This document shows positions 26,184 through 35,034 of a stretch of 44,924 bases of DNA, piece after piece. Within the stretch, counting starts at the first letter, position 1, and each line of letters opens with the position of its first letter. The notes beneath the pieces are model-generated. The model was not told the DNA's origin. It made no database searches and saw nothing but the letters and a program-made list of their open reading frames with translations. The position numbers and the translations under genes were made by a program. Origin of the DNA: an uncultured Clostridia bacterium (GTDB lineage Bacteria > Bacillota > Dehalobacteriia > UBA4068 > JAAVYR01); NCBI GenBank assembly GCA_946562005.1, contig CAMNVD010000001.1, forward strand, positions 1-44,924, written 5' to 3'.

Positions 26184-27611
26184 ATGAAACTGATTTTCGG
26201 TGCGGAAAGAGCCCTTTCCAACAAAATCAAACTTACATACAAAAAAAGATATATCCAAAACCCCAGTCTAACCATTATGGCAAGCTTTGCCGCCATTATT
26301 TTATGCGGGGCTTTTTTGTTATGTCTTTCTGCTACTAGCCGCACGGGGGAAGGGATGTCATTCCTAGACGCACTATTCACTGCCACCTCCTGCGTCTGTG
26401 TGACTGGTCTTTCGGTAGCGGACACCGGTACCACCTTTAATATCTGGGGGCAACTAACCATGCTGCTACTAATCCAAGCCGGAGGCTTAGGCTTTATGAC
26501 CATCGCTACTGGCATCATTTCCTTCCGGCGGAAGGGCATCTCTCTGCGGCAAAGAATGCTCCTTAAGGAAACCTTTGGTAATGACGCCCTAACAGACGCT
26601 ACAAGCCTGACCAAACGGGTACTGCTTTTTACCGTCGCCTTTGAGCTGATAGGCGCTCTTTTCCTTTTTTTAGCTTTTCTCCCTACGACCTCCTGGAAAG
26701 AAGCAGCCTGGTACGGTATTTTCCATGCGGTCTCTGCTTTTAACAATGCCGGCTTTGATGTGCTAGGTAATGGCAATAGTCTCTATGCCCAGCAACAAAA
26801 CTTCCTTTTGAATCTAACCATGTATTTTTTGATTATCAGCGGGGGCCTAGGCTTTCTCACCCATAGCCAACTGCTCTCCAGCTTCCAGCAACGCAAAAAG
26901 TATCAATCTCTCTCCTTATCTCTAAAGAAAAATCTTTCTCTGCAAAGCAAAATCAACTTAAAAACCATGGTATTCCTAGTATTCACAGGTGCATTTACCT
27001 TCCTCTGCCTAGAATATCACAATCCTACCACCATCGGAGACTTGCCACTAGGCCACAAGATTACCACATCCCTCTTTCAGTCCGTCACTTACCGCACGGC
27101 AGGTTTCAGCACGGTAAACTTAGCCGGCGCCGCCACAGCCAGTCAGTTCTTAGCGATTCTTTTCATGTTCATCGGCGCCTCTCCTGCCTCTACCGGCGGC
27201 GGTATCAAGACGACCACCGTCTTTGTCCTTTGGCTAAAACTAAAAGCCACCCTCCTAGGGGATAGCGACATCCGCTATAAAAACCGTACCATCGGCACGA
27301 AAACCCTCAGCAATGCCATGACGATTATGGGCTTAGCCGGCGCTTTAGTGCTATTCACCACGCTGCTTCTTACCATTAGCGAGCCTAGGCTTCCCTTTAT
27401 GGCGCTATTATTCGAGGCAGTTTCAGCCTTTAGCACTACCGGCCTTAGTCTAGGCATTACCCCAGAGCTGAACAGCTTTAGCAAGGCCTTGCTCATCGCA
27501 TCTATGTTCATCGGCCGGGTTGGGCTGCTAACGCTGCTCTATGCCATTAGTGACAGGGATAACCCAGACAATACCCTTCGCTACCCCACCCAAGAGCTAT
27601 CTGTGGGCTAA
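26184..27611 (+). CDS. ktrB: TrkH/KtrB-family potassium uptake membrane subunit
   Basis: 475 aa, polytopic, with repeated pore-loop motifs (TGLS, GGLGF, TAGF, GGGIKTTT). AAGAGG lies 9 nt upstream of the ATG. Confidence 0.85.
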   Translation: MKLIFGAERALSNKIKLTYKKRYIQNPSLTIMASFAAIILCGAFLLCLSATSRTGEGMSFLDALFTATSCVCVTGLSVADTGTTFNIWGQLTMLLLIQAGGLGFMTIATGIISFRRKGISLRQRMLLKETFGNDALTDATSLTKRVLLFTVAFELIGALFLFLAFLPTTSWKEAAWYGIFHAVSAFNNAGFDVLGNGNSLYAQQQNFLLNLTMYFLIISGGLGFLTHSQLLSSFQQRKKYQSLSLSLKKNLSLQSKINLKTMVFLVFTGAFTFLCLEYHNPTTIGDLPLGHKITTSLFQSVTYRTAGFSTVNLAGAATASQFLAILFMFIGASPASTGGGIKTTTVFVLWLKLKATLLGDSDIRYKNRTIGTKTLSNAMTIMGLAGALVLFTTLLLTISEPRLPFMALLFEAVSAFSTTGLSLGITPELNSFSKALLIASMFIGRVGLLTLLYAISDRDNPDNTLRYPTQELSVG

Positions 27612-27646
27612 CAACGATTAAATTTCTCATAAAGGTGGTTATATCT

Positions 27647-28303
27647 ATGAAAAAACAATATGCAGTCATCGGCATGGGCACCTTCGGTACTGCCCTTGCC
27701 GAAACCCTCATCGCCCATGGGCAAGAGGTCCTGGCCATCGACTTAAAACATCAAAAAGTACAGGAGCTTTCTGATACCTTCGACCACGTGGTACAAGCCG
27801 ACGCCCGAGACCCCAAAGCATTGAAAGCCCTAGGCATTGATAAATTTGACGCTGTTATCGTCTCTCTCGGCGACAGAGTGGCAGACACCATCTTCCTCAC
27901 GCTCACCTTGAAAGAGCTGGGCGTAGAAACCGTCATCGTCACCACCAGTGACGAACAACAGGGAAAAGTACTAGAAAAGGTAGGCGCCACGAAAATCGTC
28001 TCCCCTGTCCGAGACATGGGGGAACGGGTGGCCTTGAGCCTTTTAAATACCCGCCTGACCGACTATATGGAGTTAGCACCTGGCTATATGCTGGTAGAAA
28101 CAGCCTTACCAGCAAAATTCACCAGCAAGAACCTGAAAGAATTAAATCTGCGGGCAAAATACAAGGTAACCGTCATCGTTATCAAGCGGCAAGATACCAT
28201 TATGATTAACCCCGAACCAGATATCCAGTTTCAGGCAGAGGATACTATCGTTCTCTTAGGCGATAGCAAGAAAATCCAGCAATGTGTAGAGGACTTTAGT
28301 TAA
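27647..28303 (+). CDS. ktrA: TrkA/KtrA-family potassium uptake regulatory subunit (RCK domains)
   Basis: AVIGMGTFGTALAETL Rossmann GxGxxG plus a C-terminal RCK_C-like domain. Start set at ATG 27647 after AAAGGTGG. Confidence 0.85.
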   Translation: MKKQYAVIGMGTFGTALAETLIAHGQEVLAIDLKHQKVQELSDTFDHVVQADARDPKALKALGIDKFDAVIVSLGDRVADTIFLTLTLKELGVETVIVTTSDEQQGKVLEKVGATKIVSPVRDMGERVALSLLNTRLTDYMELAPGYMLVETALPAKFTSKNLKELNLRAKYKVTVIVIKRQDTIMINPEPDIQFQAEDTIVLLGDSKKIQQCVEDFS

Positions 28304-28306
28304 AAG

Positions 28307-28397
28307 ATATCGTTTATTATCACCCTGAGGGAGGCGTGAGAACTTAAAAGATTCTTCGTCATTTCATTCCTCAGAATGACAGTGAATAATAACGTAT
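28307..28397 (+). repeat. MITE/REP-like repeat, short form
   Basis: ATATCGTTTATTATCACCCTGAGGGAGGCGTGAGAACTTAAAAGATTCTTCGTCATTTCATTCCTCAGAATGACAGTGAATAATAACGTATA. The right approximately 57 nt are identical to the 29997 copy. Confidence 0.8.
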
Positions 28398-28477
28398 AGT
28401 TTTTCGTTTAGGGCGCCATTGACAGCAGCCCCTTACCAAGGGTAAAATAAACAGACCAGCGAAAAACTAACGGTTAT

Positions 28478-28552
28478 GCTTCCGTAGTTAAATGGATATA
28501 ACAGCCCCCTCCTAAGGGGCCGTTGTGGGTTCGATTCCCGCCGGGAGTACCA
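28478..28552 (+). tRNA. tRNA-Arg (anticodon CCU)
   Basis: 75 nt. Anticodon stem GCCCC/GGGGC with loop CUCCUAA, T-loop GGTTCGATTCC and an encoded CCA. The acceptor stem has two G-U pairs. Confidence 0.85.
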
Positions 28553-28554
28553 AA

Positions 28555-28595
28555 TAAAAAAGCAAGACATATTTTCCATATGTCTTGCTTTTTTA
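28555..28595 (+). terminator. intrinsic terminator after tRNA-Arg(CCU)
   Basis: AGCAAGACATA / TATGTCTTGCT stem followed by TTTTTT. Confidence 0.8.
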
Positions 28596-28615
28596 TTATC
28601 TAAAGGAGCAAAACT

Positions 28616-29101
28616 ATGGCAGATAGTGACAAGCAGAGCATACTAGAACTTTATATGGGAGAAGCATTAAAAGAAGCAAAAAAGGCAGAAGCCCATGGCG
28701 ATATCCCTGTGGGGGCCATTATCGTACGAGAAGGGAAAATCATTGCTCGAGGCCATAACCTACGAGAGCAGGAACAATCGGTCCTCCTCCACGCCGAAAT
28801 CGTCGCTATCCAAGAAGCCTGCAAGGCTTTGGGCAGTTGGCGGCTGCGGGACTGCGACCTCTATGTCACCCTAGAGCCCTGCCCTATGTGCGCCGGCGCC
28901 ATCATAGAGGCCCAGATGCGAACCGTCATCTTTGGCGCTGACGACAGCAAATGGGGCGCTGGCGGCAGTCTTTTCCAGCTTTTAGAATCGCCCCTTCTAA
29001 ACTATCAGGCAAAAGTCATCAGCGGCATTTGCGCTGAGGAAAGCAAGGCCCTACTACAACAGTTCTTTGCGGCCCGACGCAACACGAACCCAGCCAAATG
29101 A
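28616..29101 (+). CDS. tadA: tRNA adenosine(34) deaminase TadA
   Basis: HAEIVAIQEA (HAE) and PCPMCAGA (PCxxC) zinc-binding motifs in a 161-aa protein. Confidence 0.9.
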   Translation: MADSDKQSILELYMGEALKEAKKAEAHGDIPVGAIIVREGKIIARGHNLREQEQSVLLHAEIVAIQEACKALGSWRLRDCDLYVTLEPCPMCAGAIIEAQMRTVIFGADDSKWGAGGSLFQLLESPLLNYQAKVISGICAEESKALLQQFFAARRNTNPAK

Positions 29102-29244
29102 TACCAAAATAGTACGTTGTCTTATCTTAATGAAATATTAAGATTTTCTTTAGGATTTTTTTCCTATCTTTCAGATAAATTCAGCAAGGACCCCTGCAAA
29201 TATGATAGAATAAACGAAAACAGCAAAAGGAGAAACGGTATCCA

Positions 29245-29883
29245 ATGTCTTTTCAAACAGTGTTATTCGACTTAGACGGCACACTCATCGACTCCCTACC
29301 GCTCATCATAGAGTGCTCCCGTCTAGCCGGAGCTGAAATAGGCCTCCCTTGGGATGAGGACCATATCCGCTCCATGATAGGCATCCCCCTGATTGAAACA
29401 GGAGAAATCCTACTAGGCAAAGGGCAGGGAGAATTTTACCGTAGCGTCTACTTAAAATATTTTCATCAGCTCCATGATGAGAAAATAAAAATCTTCTCCG
29501 GCATCATCCCAATGCTTGAGACACTAAAACAGCAGCAAATAGCCATGGCAGTGGTCACCTCTAAAATACATGACTCTGCTATCATGTCTCTTATGGAAAC
29601 TGGTATTATGGACTTTTTCGACCAAATCATCACAGCCTCTGAGCCTTGCGCTCACAAACCATCTCCAGAGCCTGCCCTTTTAGCCCTTGCCCGGCTGGGA
29701 AAATCCCAAGACGGCGCTATCTTCGTGGGAGACAGTCCTTACGATATCCAGTGCGGCACAGACGCCCAGATGGCGACCTGTGGCGTTACCTGGGGTATGG
29801 CCACAAAAGACCAGTTAACACCTTACCACCCTACTTACTTAGCTGATACCGTGCCTCAGCTGGAAAAAATCATTTTAGGATGA
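29245..29883 (+). CDS. HAD-superfamily hydrolase (phosphoglycolate phosphatase / PpaX-like)
   Basis: Motif I FDLDGTLIDS, motif II VVTSK and motif IV FVGDSPYDI. Confidence 0.8.
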   Translation: MSFQTVLFDLDGTLIDSLPLIIECSRLAGAEIGLPWDEDHIRSMIGIPLIETGEILLGKGQGEFYRSVYLKYFHQLHDEKIKIFSGIIPMLETLKQQQIAMAVVTSKIHDSAIMSLMETGIMDFFDQIITASEPCAHKPSPEPALLALARLGKSQDGAIFVGDSPYDIQCGTDAQMATCGVTWGMATKDQLTPYHPTYLADTVPQLEKIILG

Positions 29884-29996
29884 TGTTAGACGAGACTGGT
29901 CTTCCAGATATTGGCTTCTGATAAAACGGGTTTTTCTCTAAGCTAAGCAGGATTTTTCTTAAGGGAACCAGAATGTTTTAAGGTGCGTCTATCAAA

Positions 29997-30091
29997 TATG
30001 TATGATTTATTGTCATCCTGAGCAAGGCGTGAGGACTTAAAAGATTCTTCGTCATTTCATTCCTCAGAATGACAGTGAATAATAACGTATA
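29997..30091 (+). repeat. MITE/REP-like repeat, short form
   Basis: ATATGTATGATTTATTGTCATCCTGAGCAAGGCGTGAGGACTTAAAAGATTCTTCGTCATTTCATTCCTCAGAATGACAGTGAATAATAACGTATA. Confidence 0.8.
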
Positions 30092-30126
30092 TTTTATGAA
30101 TTGATAATAAAGAAAGGGGCATTGCT

Positions 30127-31158
30127 ATGAAACCCTTCCTAAAGAAAGAAAATAATATCCTGGCAAAAGAAAAAGATAGGATAGTGCGTCACCGCCATAA
30201 AGGCATCGCAATATGCCTCTGTCTGGCCTTGAGCCTTGCTATGGCAGGCTGCGGGACTGCGCCGGAAGACCCTGCACTACGGCCATCTCCAGAGCCCAGC
30301 ACCAAAGTGCTGACCCTCTCCCCTAGCCAAACAGTCGTAGCCTATTTCTTAGACAGCGAGGGGAAAAACCTAGTCCCGCTCTCTATGCAGACCAATGAAA
30401 CCAGAGAAGTGGCCTTTGTGGCGCTGCAAAAGCTCTTAGCCGGCGCCCCCAATGATTTCGTCCAGAGTCCATTGCCAGCAGGCATCAAAGCCAAGGATTT
30501 GTATTTAGAAAAGGGTGTCATCTGTGTAGAGCTAACAGAAGAATTCCTGCAAACAGCGCCAGAACAGATAGATAACAGCCTACGTTGCATCGTAGCCACT
30601 GTGGGCTGGGCTGCCCCTGAAAAACAAGTCAATATCTTAGTCAATCACCAACTGGTGGAAAAAATCGGCGACAAGGCCATCAGCCAACCGCTGTCTTATA
30701 CGCCAATCAACCCGGCAGATAGCAGTGTAAAGACAGACAGCCCCATCGTACAGGTATATTTCAGCGACAACCAAGCCATGTACTTAACACCAGTCAGCTA
30801 CTGTCGACCAGAGGGTGATGTCTATACCTTTGTTATGAAGAAACTGACAGAAGGACCACCGAAACAGGCAGGACTAGTTGCCACCCTCTACAAAGGGACC
30901 AAACTCAACAGCGTAACAGTCTCCGACGGCACAGCAAAAGTAGACCTCAGCAAGGAGGCAGTAGCCTATGGCGGCGGCACGGCTTTTGAATATCTCTTTG
31001 TCCAGTCAATCCTGGCCACCTTTGCGCAATTCCCTGAGGTAGAAACCGTACAATTTTTCATCGACGGAGAGCCCTATGACTTGTTACCGGAGGGCACCGA
31101 CATCGAAATGCCTCTCCCCGTCAACAAAACGGTCAACTACATCCTCAACCAAGAATAA
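30127..31158 (+). CDS. GerMN-domain lipoprotein (GerM-like, two GerMN repeats)
   Basis: Lipobox LSLAMAGC. Two segments resemble GerMN domains (VVAYFLDSEGKNLVPLS..., VQVYFSDNQAMYLTPVS...). Confidence 0.65.
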   Translation: MKPFLKKENNILAKEKDRIVRHRHKGIAICLCLALSLAMAGCGTAPEDPALRPSPEPSTKVLTLSPSQTVVAYFLDSEGKNLVPLSMQTNETREVAFVALQKLLAGAPNDFVQSPLPAGIKAKDLYLEKGVICVELTEEFLQTAPEQIDNSLRCIVATVGWAAPEKQVNILVNHQLVEKIGDKAISQPLSYTPINPADSSVKTDSPIVQVYFSDNQAMYLTPVSYCRPEGDVYTFVMKKLTEGPPKQAGLVATLYKGTKLNSVTVSDGTAKVDLSKEAVAYGGGTAFEYLFVQSILATFAQFPEVETVQFFIDGEPYDLLPEGTDIEMPLPVNKTVNYILNQE

Positions 31159-31213
31159 ACCAGGACTAAAACTTGATAAACAATGAATTGAGATAGAAAG
31201 GATTTTAAGCCCA

Positions 31214-32641
31214 ATGAACCAACCGAAAACCATGAAAAAACGGCATATGCTGCCTTTTCTCATTCTGGCATTTTTGCTCATAATGGCAAGCTTCTCCTTT
31301 GCCTGGGCAGAAGACGCCATTAAAATCATCGTCAACGGCAACGAAGTAAATGCAGACGTTGCCCCCTACTTAAAAAATGACCGCACCATGGTACCGATTC
31401 GCTTTATCACCGAACCATTAGGGGCTACCCTTTCCTGGCAGCCCGGCGCAAACGGCATTGGCGGCAAAGCATCCCTCACTTTAGATGGGAAAACAGTAGA
31501 ACTGACCATCGGCAGTAAGGAAGGCATCGTCAACGGACAGGTGATTACCATGGACACCGCAGCAGAAATCGTCCAAGGACGTACCTTCGTCCCCCTGCGC
31601 TTTGCCGGGGAAAACCTAGGCGCCACTGTCAACTGGAATGGCGCCGCCAAAGAAGTCACCGTCTCCTATCAAAAGCCGTCTGACAACAATCAAGTAGTTG
31701 CCACTGGTAAAAAGATTATGGGATTTTATTATGACTATTATTCTTTGGACGATATTACAAATGAAGCAGCAGATTTCTCGGATGTGATTCACTTCGGCTA
31801 TTTATTAAAGGCAGACGGGACCGTCCGGGAAAAGGATAACTTCGCAAATGATAAATTTGCCGCTGAAGGAAAGACGCTAGCAGAACGAAAAGGCATGAAA
31901 ACGCAAATGCTGGTAACGGCCTTCGACCGTACCATCTCCGACGCTGTGCTGGGCGATGAAACCCTCCGGACCAACACCATCAACAGCATCGTCCAATTCG
32001 TAAAAGACGAGGACTTTGACGGTGTAAACCTAGACTATGAAGTGGTATCCGTCTCCATGCGGGATAACTTCACCGCCTTCGTTCGGGACTTAAAGGCAGC
32101 TCTGCCCTCTGACGTCGTCCTCTCCCTCTCCCTGCGCTGCCGCACTTATGACAGTCAGACCTGGCTAGATGGTTACGACTATGCGGGTCTTGCCAAATAT
32201 GCAGACCAATGTATCGTTATGATGTACGACCAGCACTACAATGGGGGTGAAGCAGGCCCTATTGCCGGCATCGACTGGATGGAAACCAGCATCAAATACC
32301 TAAGCCAATACATCCCCAAAGAAAAATTTATCGTAGGCATCGGCGCTTACGGCAGATATTGGCCGGAAAATGGCAAGGGCAGCGCTATCTTTATCCAGCC
32401 GGCCTTCGACCTGGCAGCAGAACAAGGTGTGGAAGTGCTGCGGGATGAAACAACTGGAGTGCCCCACTTCGACTATGAGAGCCCTGATAAAGGCAAAGTA
32501 TCCGTATGGTTTGAAGACGCTGTGAGCATCAAACAAAAGATGGATTTAGTGAAACAATATGACTTGGCAGGCGTAGCCGTATGGCGCATGGGTCGCCTCC
32601 CGGCTGACGTATGGGCTGCCATTAACAGCATTATAAAATAA
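31214..32641 (+). CDS. secreted GH18-family glycoside hydrolase (YaaH/YdhD-like) with N-terminal copper-amine-oxidase-N repeats
   Basis: Signal peptide present. Two DRTMVPIRF.../GRTFVPLRFAGENLGATVNWNG repeats. GH18 catalytic motif FDGVNLDYE. Confidence 0.8.
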   Translation: MNQPKTMKKRHMLPFLILAFLLIMASFSFAWAEDAIKIIVNGNEVNADVAPYLKNDRTMVPIRFITEPLGATLSWQPGANGIGGKASLTLDGKTVELTIGSKEGIVNGQVITMDTAAEIVQGRTFVPLRFAGENLGATVNWNGAAKEVTVSYQKPSDNNQVVATGKKIMGFYYDYYSLDDITNEAADFSDVIHFGYLLKADGTVREKDNFANDKFAAEGKTLAERKGMKTQMLVTAFDRTISDAVLGDETLRTNTINSIVQFVKDEDFDGVNLDYEVVSVSMRDNFTAFVRDLKAALPSDVVLSLSLRCRTYDSQTWLDGYDYAGLAKYADQCIVMMYDQHYNGGEAGPIAGIDWMETSIKYLSQYIPKEKFIVGIGAYGRYWPENGKGSAIFIQPAFDLAAEQGVEVLRDETTGVPHFDYESPDKGKVSVWFEDAVSIKQKMDLVKQYDLAGVAVWRMGRLPADVWAAINSIIK

Positions 32642-32662
32642 TCTTTTCCGGACGCCTGATAG

Positions 32663-32697
32663 AAAAAGGACTTGCCACAGATGGCAAGTCCTTTTTT
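32663..32697 (+). terminator. intrinsic terminator after the GH18 gene
   Basis: GGACTTGCCA-caga-TGGCAAGTCC followed by TTTTTT. Confidence 0.8.
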
Positions 32698-32826
32698 ATG
32701 CTTCTTTTCTGTCGGCCATATGTTCCCATAGCCGCTTATTTTTACGCATACTGCTTTTCATTGAACGAAGTAGAAAATAAAGCCAATTTTCCAAAGTGGT
32801 GTGTATAGATTGCCTTCCCTGCAAAC

Positions 32827-33002
32827 AAAAAGATTCTTCGGGGCAAAAGCCCCTCAGAATGACAAAAACTAGCCACTTGGTACGAAAGCAAAACATACTG
32901 TTTTTTAGGCCAAGAGTAATTGTCGGAAGTAATGCGTAGTGCTTCGTACGGCGTGGCATGGCAGGTCATTCTGAGCGAAGCGTCAGTGAAGTCGAAGAAT
33001 CT
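32827..33002 (+). repeat. MITE/REP-like repeat, full-length long form (about 176 nt)
   Basis: 5' end is AGATTCTTCGGGGCAAAAGCCCCTCAGAATGAC and 3' end is GTCATTCTGAGCGAAGCGTCAGTGAAGTCGAAGAATCT, forming terminal inverted repeats. It abuts the XRE gene terminator. Confidence 0.85.
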
Positions 33003-33030
33003 AAAAAAGAACGGAAATTCCGTTCTTTTT
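33003..33030 (-). terminator. intrinsic terminator of the XRE gene
   Basis: AAGAACGGAA / TTCCGTTCTT stem with a T-run on the minus strand. It overlaps the TAA stop. Confidence 0.7.
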
Positions 33031-33403
33031 AATCTTCCTTTTGCACTAACAATCTTTCTAATAAGTGTTGATTCTTTCGTAATGCACCCTTAGCTGACCT
33101 CGTAATATCCACCAACACACGGCTTTCCTCAGTAGAACAATCGGCATAAAGATCTTGGGCTTCTTTATTATAAACATGAAAAGAATGAACCAGATTGTCG
33201 CACAGCAAATCATCCACAGTAACAGAAAGAGCATTGGCGATACCGACCAAGGTTTCTAGGCTCATACCTTTATCCCCTCGTTCAATGTTGTTAATAAATC
33301 GGTTGGATACCCCTACTTCATTGGCAAGCTTCTCCTGGGTTATATTTGCACTTATTCTAGCCTTCTTAATACGCAAACCAATAGCCACATAATCTAATTC
33401 CAT
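33029..33403 (-). CDS. XRE-family HTH transcriptional regulator
   Basis: IGLRIKKARISANITQEKLANEVGVSNRFINNIERGDKGMSLETLVGIANAL is an HTH_3-type domain. 124 aa. Confidence 0.85.
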   Translation of the reverse strand: MELDYVAIGLRIKKARISANITQEKLANEVGVSNRFINNIERGDKGMSLETLVGIANALSVTVDDLLCDNLVHSFHVYNKEAQDLYADCSTEESRVLVDITRSAKGALRKNQHLLERLLVQKED

Positions 33404-33527
33404 CTACTTACTCCCACTTCTAAGATTATTTAACTATATTGTAATTTTGAGCGAAATCTATTATAATGTGCTAAAAGAAGTATTTTCACCTGAAAGCTCC
33501 TAACGAGCTATTATTTTTGTTTTTATT

Positions 33528-33557
33528 ATTCTGAGGAACACAAGAGGCAAAGAATCT
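33528..33557. repeat. solo core hairpin of the repeat family
   Basis: ATTCTGAGGAACACAAGAGGCAAAGAATCT (ATTCT...AGAAT). Confidence 0.4.
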
Positions 33558-33732
33558 AAAAACATGATTACTACTTCTAACAGACCGGCAAGTGCGAAAT
33601 ATAACCTTGGGCTTGTTTCATTCGTTCTTTTAAGAAAAGAACCAAAACTGCCGCCTGGTTGCCCTAGTAACTGCCTCGCCACTATATCTCTCTCCCCTCG
33701 GCAAACAGGCGGCGGGTCCCCGACAAAGTATT

Positions 33733-33909
33733 AAAAAGATTCTTCGGGGCAAAAGCCCCTCAGAATGACAAAAACCAGCCACTTGGTACGAAAGCAAAAC
33801 ATTCTACCTTTTAGACAAAGTGTAATTATCGGAAGTAGAGAGTATTGCTTAGCACTACGTGGCATAGCAAGTCATTCTGAGCGAAGCGTCAGCGAAGTCG
33901 AAGAATCTC
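33733..33909 (+). repeat. MITE/REP-like repeat, full-length long form (about 177 nt)
   Basis: Same termini as 32827-33002, with 1 mismatch in the first ~70 nt and 1 in the last ~40 nt. The centre is diverged. It ends 5 nt before the stop of the second XRE gene. Confidence 0.85.
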
Positions 33910-33914
33910 ATCAC

Positions 33915-34160
33915 CTATTCGTCAAAAGAAAAGCTATTTAGCTCGTCAAAATCCAAAAACTCTGCCAGTGTCATACTAAAGCCTAAGGCAATCTTATGCA
34001 GCGTTTGGATTTTTGGGTTATCACGCTTTCCTGTCATAATATCACTAAGCGTAGAATGTTTAAGTCCACTCATTATAGCCAACTGGTAATGAGTAAAGCC
34101 TCGTTTTCTACACAATGACTCTATTCTTTGGACAAGTATCTGACCATATCTTTCATTCAT
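33915..34160 (-). CDS. small XRE-family HTH transcriptional regulator
   Basis: 81 aa. GFTHYQLAIMSGLKHSTLSDIMTGKRDNPKIQTLHKIALGFSMTLAEF is HTH_3/26-like. Confidence 0.8.
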   Translation of the reverse strand: MNERYGQILVQRIESLCRKRGFTHYQLAIMSGLKHSTLSDIMTGKRDNPKIQTLHKIALGFSMTLAEFLDFDELNSFSFDE

Positions 34161-34328
34161 TGATAAACACTACCTTGCTATTACTAAAGATTTACTCCGT
34201 TTGACCGAAGTATACTTTTAGAGTAGCAATTTTAATTCCCCTATATTTCGGGTATCCGTAATGATTATTTCCGAAATAAAAAGAGATTATACATAAAATT
34301 TTTTAAGGAGCTGATAACGATAAACACT

Positions 34329-34835
34329 ATGGAAGCCATGATAAAACTTAACCCCACTGCAAAGAAGTGCATCGAACACCTTATGGAATTAATCATCGAG
34401 GAGAACAGACAAGAAAACCAGTATCTGGGTTCTTTCGACCTCTATGAGACCTATTGCCGCCAACTGGAGCAGTCTTTTACCAGCGAAATGGCAGTGGTCC
34501 TTTGGAAAAGTTACCACCACCTGCACGTAGAAGAAACCGATTTCTTCGACCCAGAACTAGCCTACATCGCCGGCCGGGAAGCCAAGCTAGACGGGGAAAT
34601 GGACAAAAGTATCGCCTACAAATTCTACATATCAAATATCAAAAGCAGCGAACGGTATCAGGAATTCAAAAAGGGACAAGAACTCATCTTCAAAGACCTG
34701 CTCCATTCCCTAGGGACAGAATATCTCCAGGATAGACTGTGCAAAGTAGACCAGATTTACAAGCGGCTTTATGCGCCTTTTGAGAAGAACCTGTGGATTT
34801 TCTTCAACTTGGGCTACGACTGCTGCCCTGCTTAA
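34329..34835 (+). CDS. hypothetical protein (168 aa), divergent from the small XRE gene
   Basis: Clean ORF with normal composition followed by a terminator. No motif recognised. The start is uncertain because the nearest AAGGAG is 18 nt upstream. Confidence 0.5.
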   Translation: MEAMIKLNPTAKKCIEHLMELIIEENRQENQYLGSFDLYETYCRQLEQSFTSEMAVVLWKSYHHLHVEETDFFDPELAYIAGREAKLDGEMDKSIAYKFYISNIKSSERYQEFKKGQELIFKDLLHSLGTEYLQDRLCKVDQIYKRLYAPFEKNLWIFFNLGYDCCPA

Positions 34836-34847
34836 AAAACAAAAAAA

Positions 34848-34895
34848 CTACCTCCCATGCAATTATCTTACATGGGAGGTAGTTAATTATTTTTA
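34848..34895 (+). terminator. intrinsic terminator after the 168-aa ORF
   Basis: 12-bp stem CTACCTCCCATG / CATGGGAGGTAG followed by a T-rich tail. Confidence 0.55.
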
Positions 34896-35034
34896 TGTAC
34901 CAAGTGACGGATTTTGCGGCCGGTTCTGTCACATTTTTCCCTTCTCCGCATATGATGAAAAAAGAAAGAGGGCGCCATAGCTATTTCTTTGGTCTACAAG
35001 CTATGGTCCCCGGCAAGCGAAAGGAGAGACGGAA

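Noticed and set aside
26168-26776. A 202-aa minus-strand ORF antisense to ktrB. Many other 60-170-aa ORFs are similarly antisense to confident genes, for example 1190-1974, 9107-9619, 23629-24009 and 24245-24535.
   Set aside because: Each is fully embedded antisense in a longer ORF that has clear family motifs. They have Ser/Pro/Arg-rich or otherwise skewed composition and no SDs.
32696-32969. ORFs of 87 and 75 aa on the minus strand, plus similar small ORFs at 33500-33682, 5119-5391 and 25622-25882.
   Set aside because: They lie inside repeat-family copies or leaders, lack SDs, and their 'conservation' between loci comes from the DNA repeat itself.
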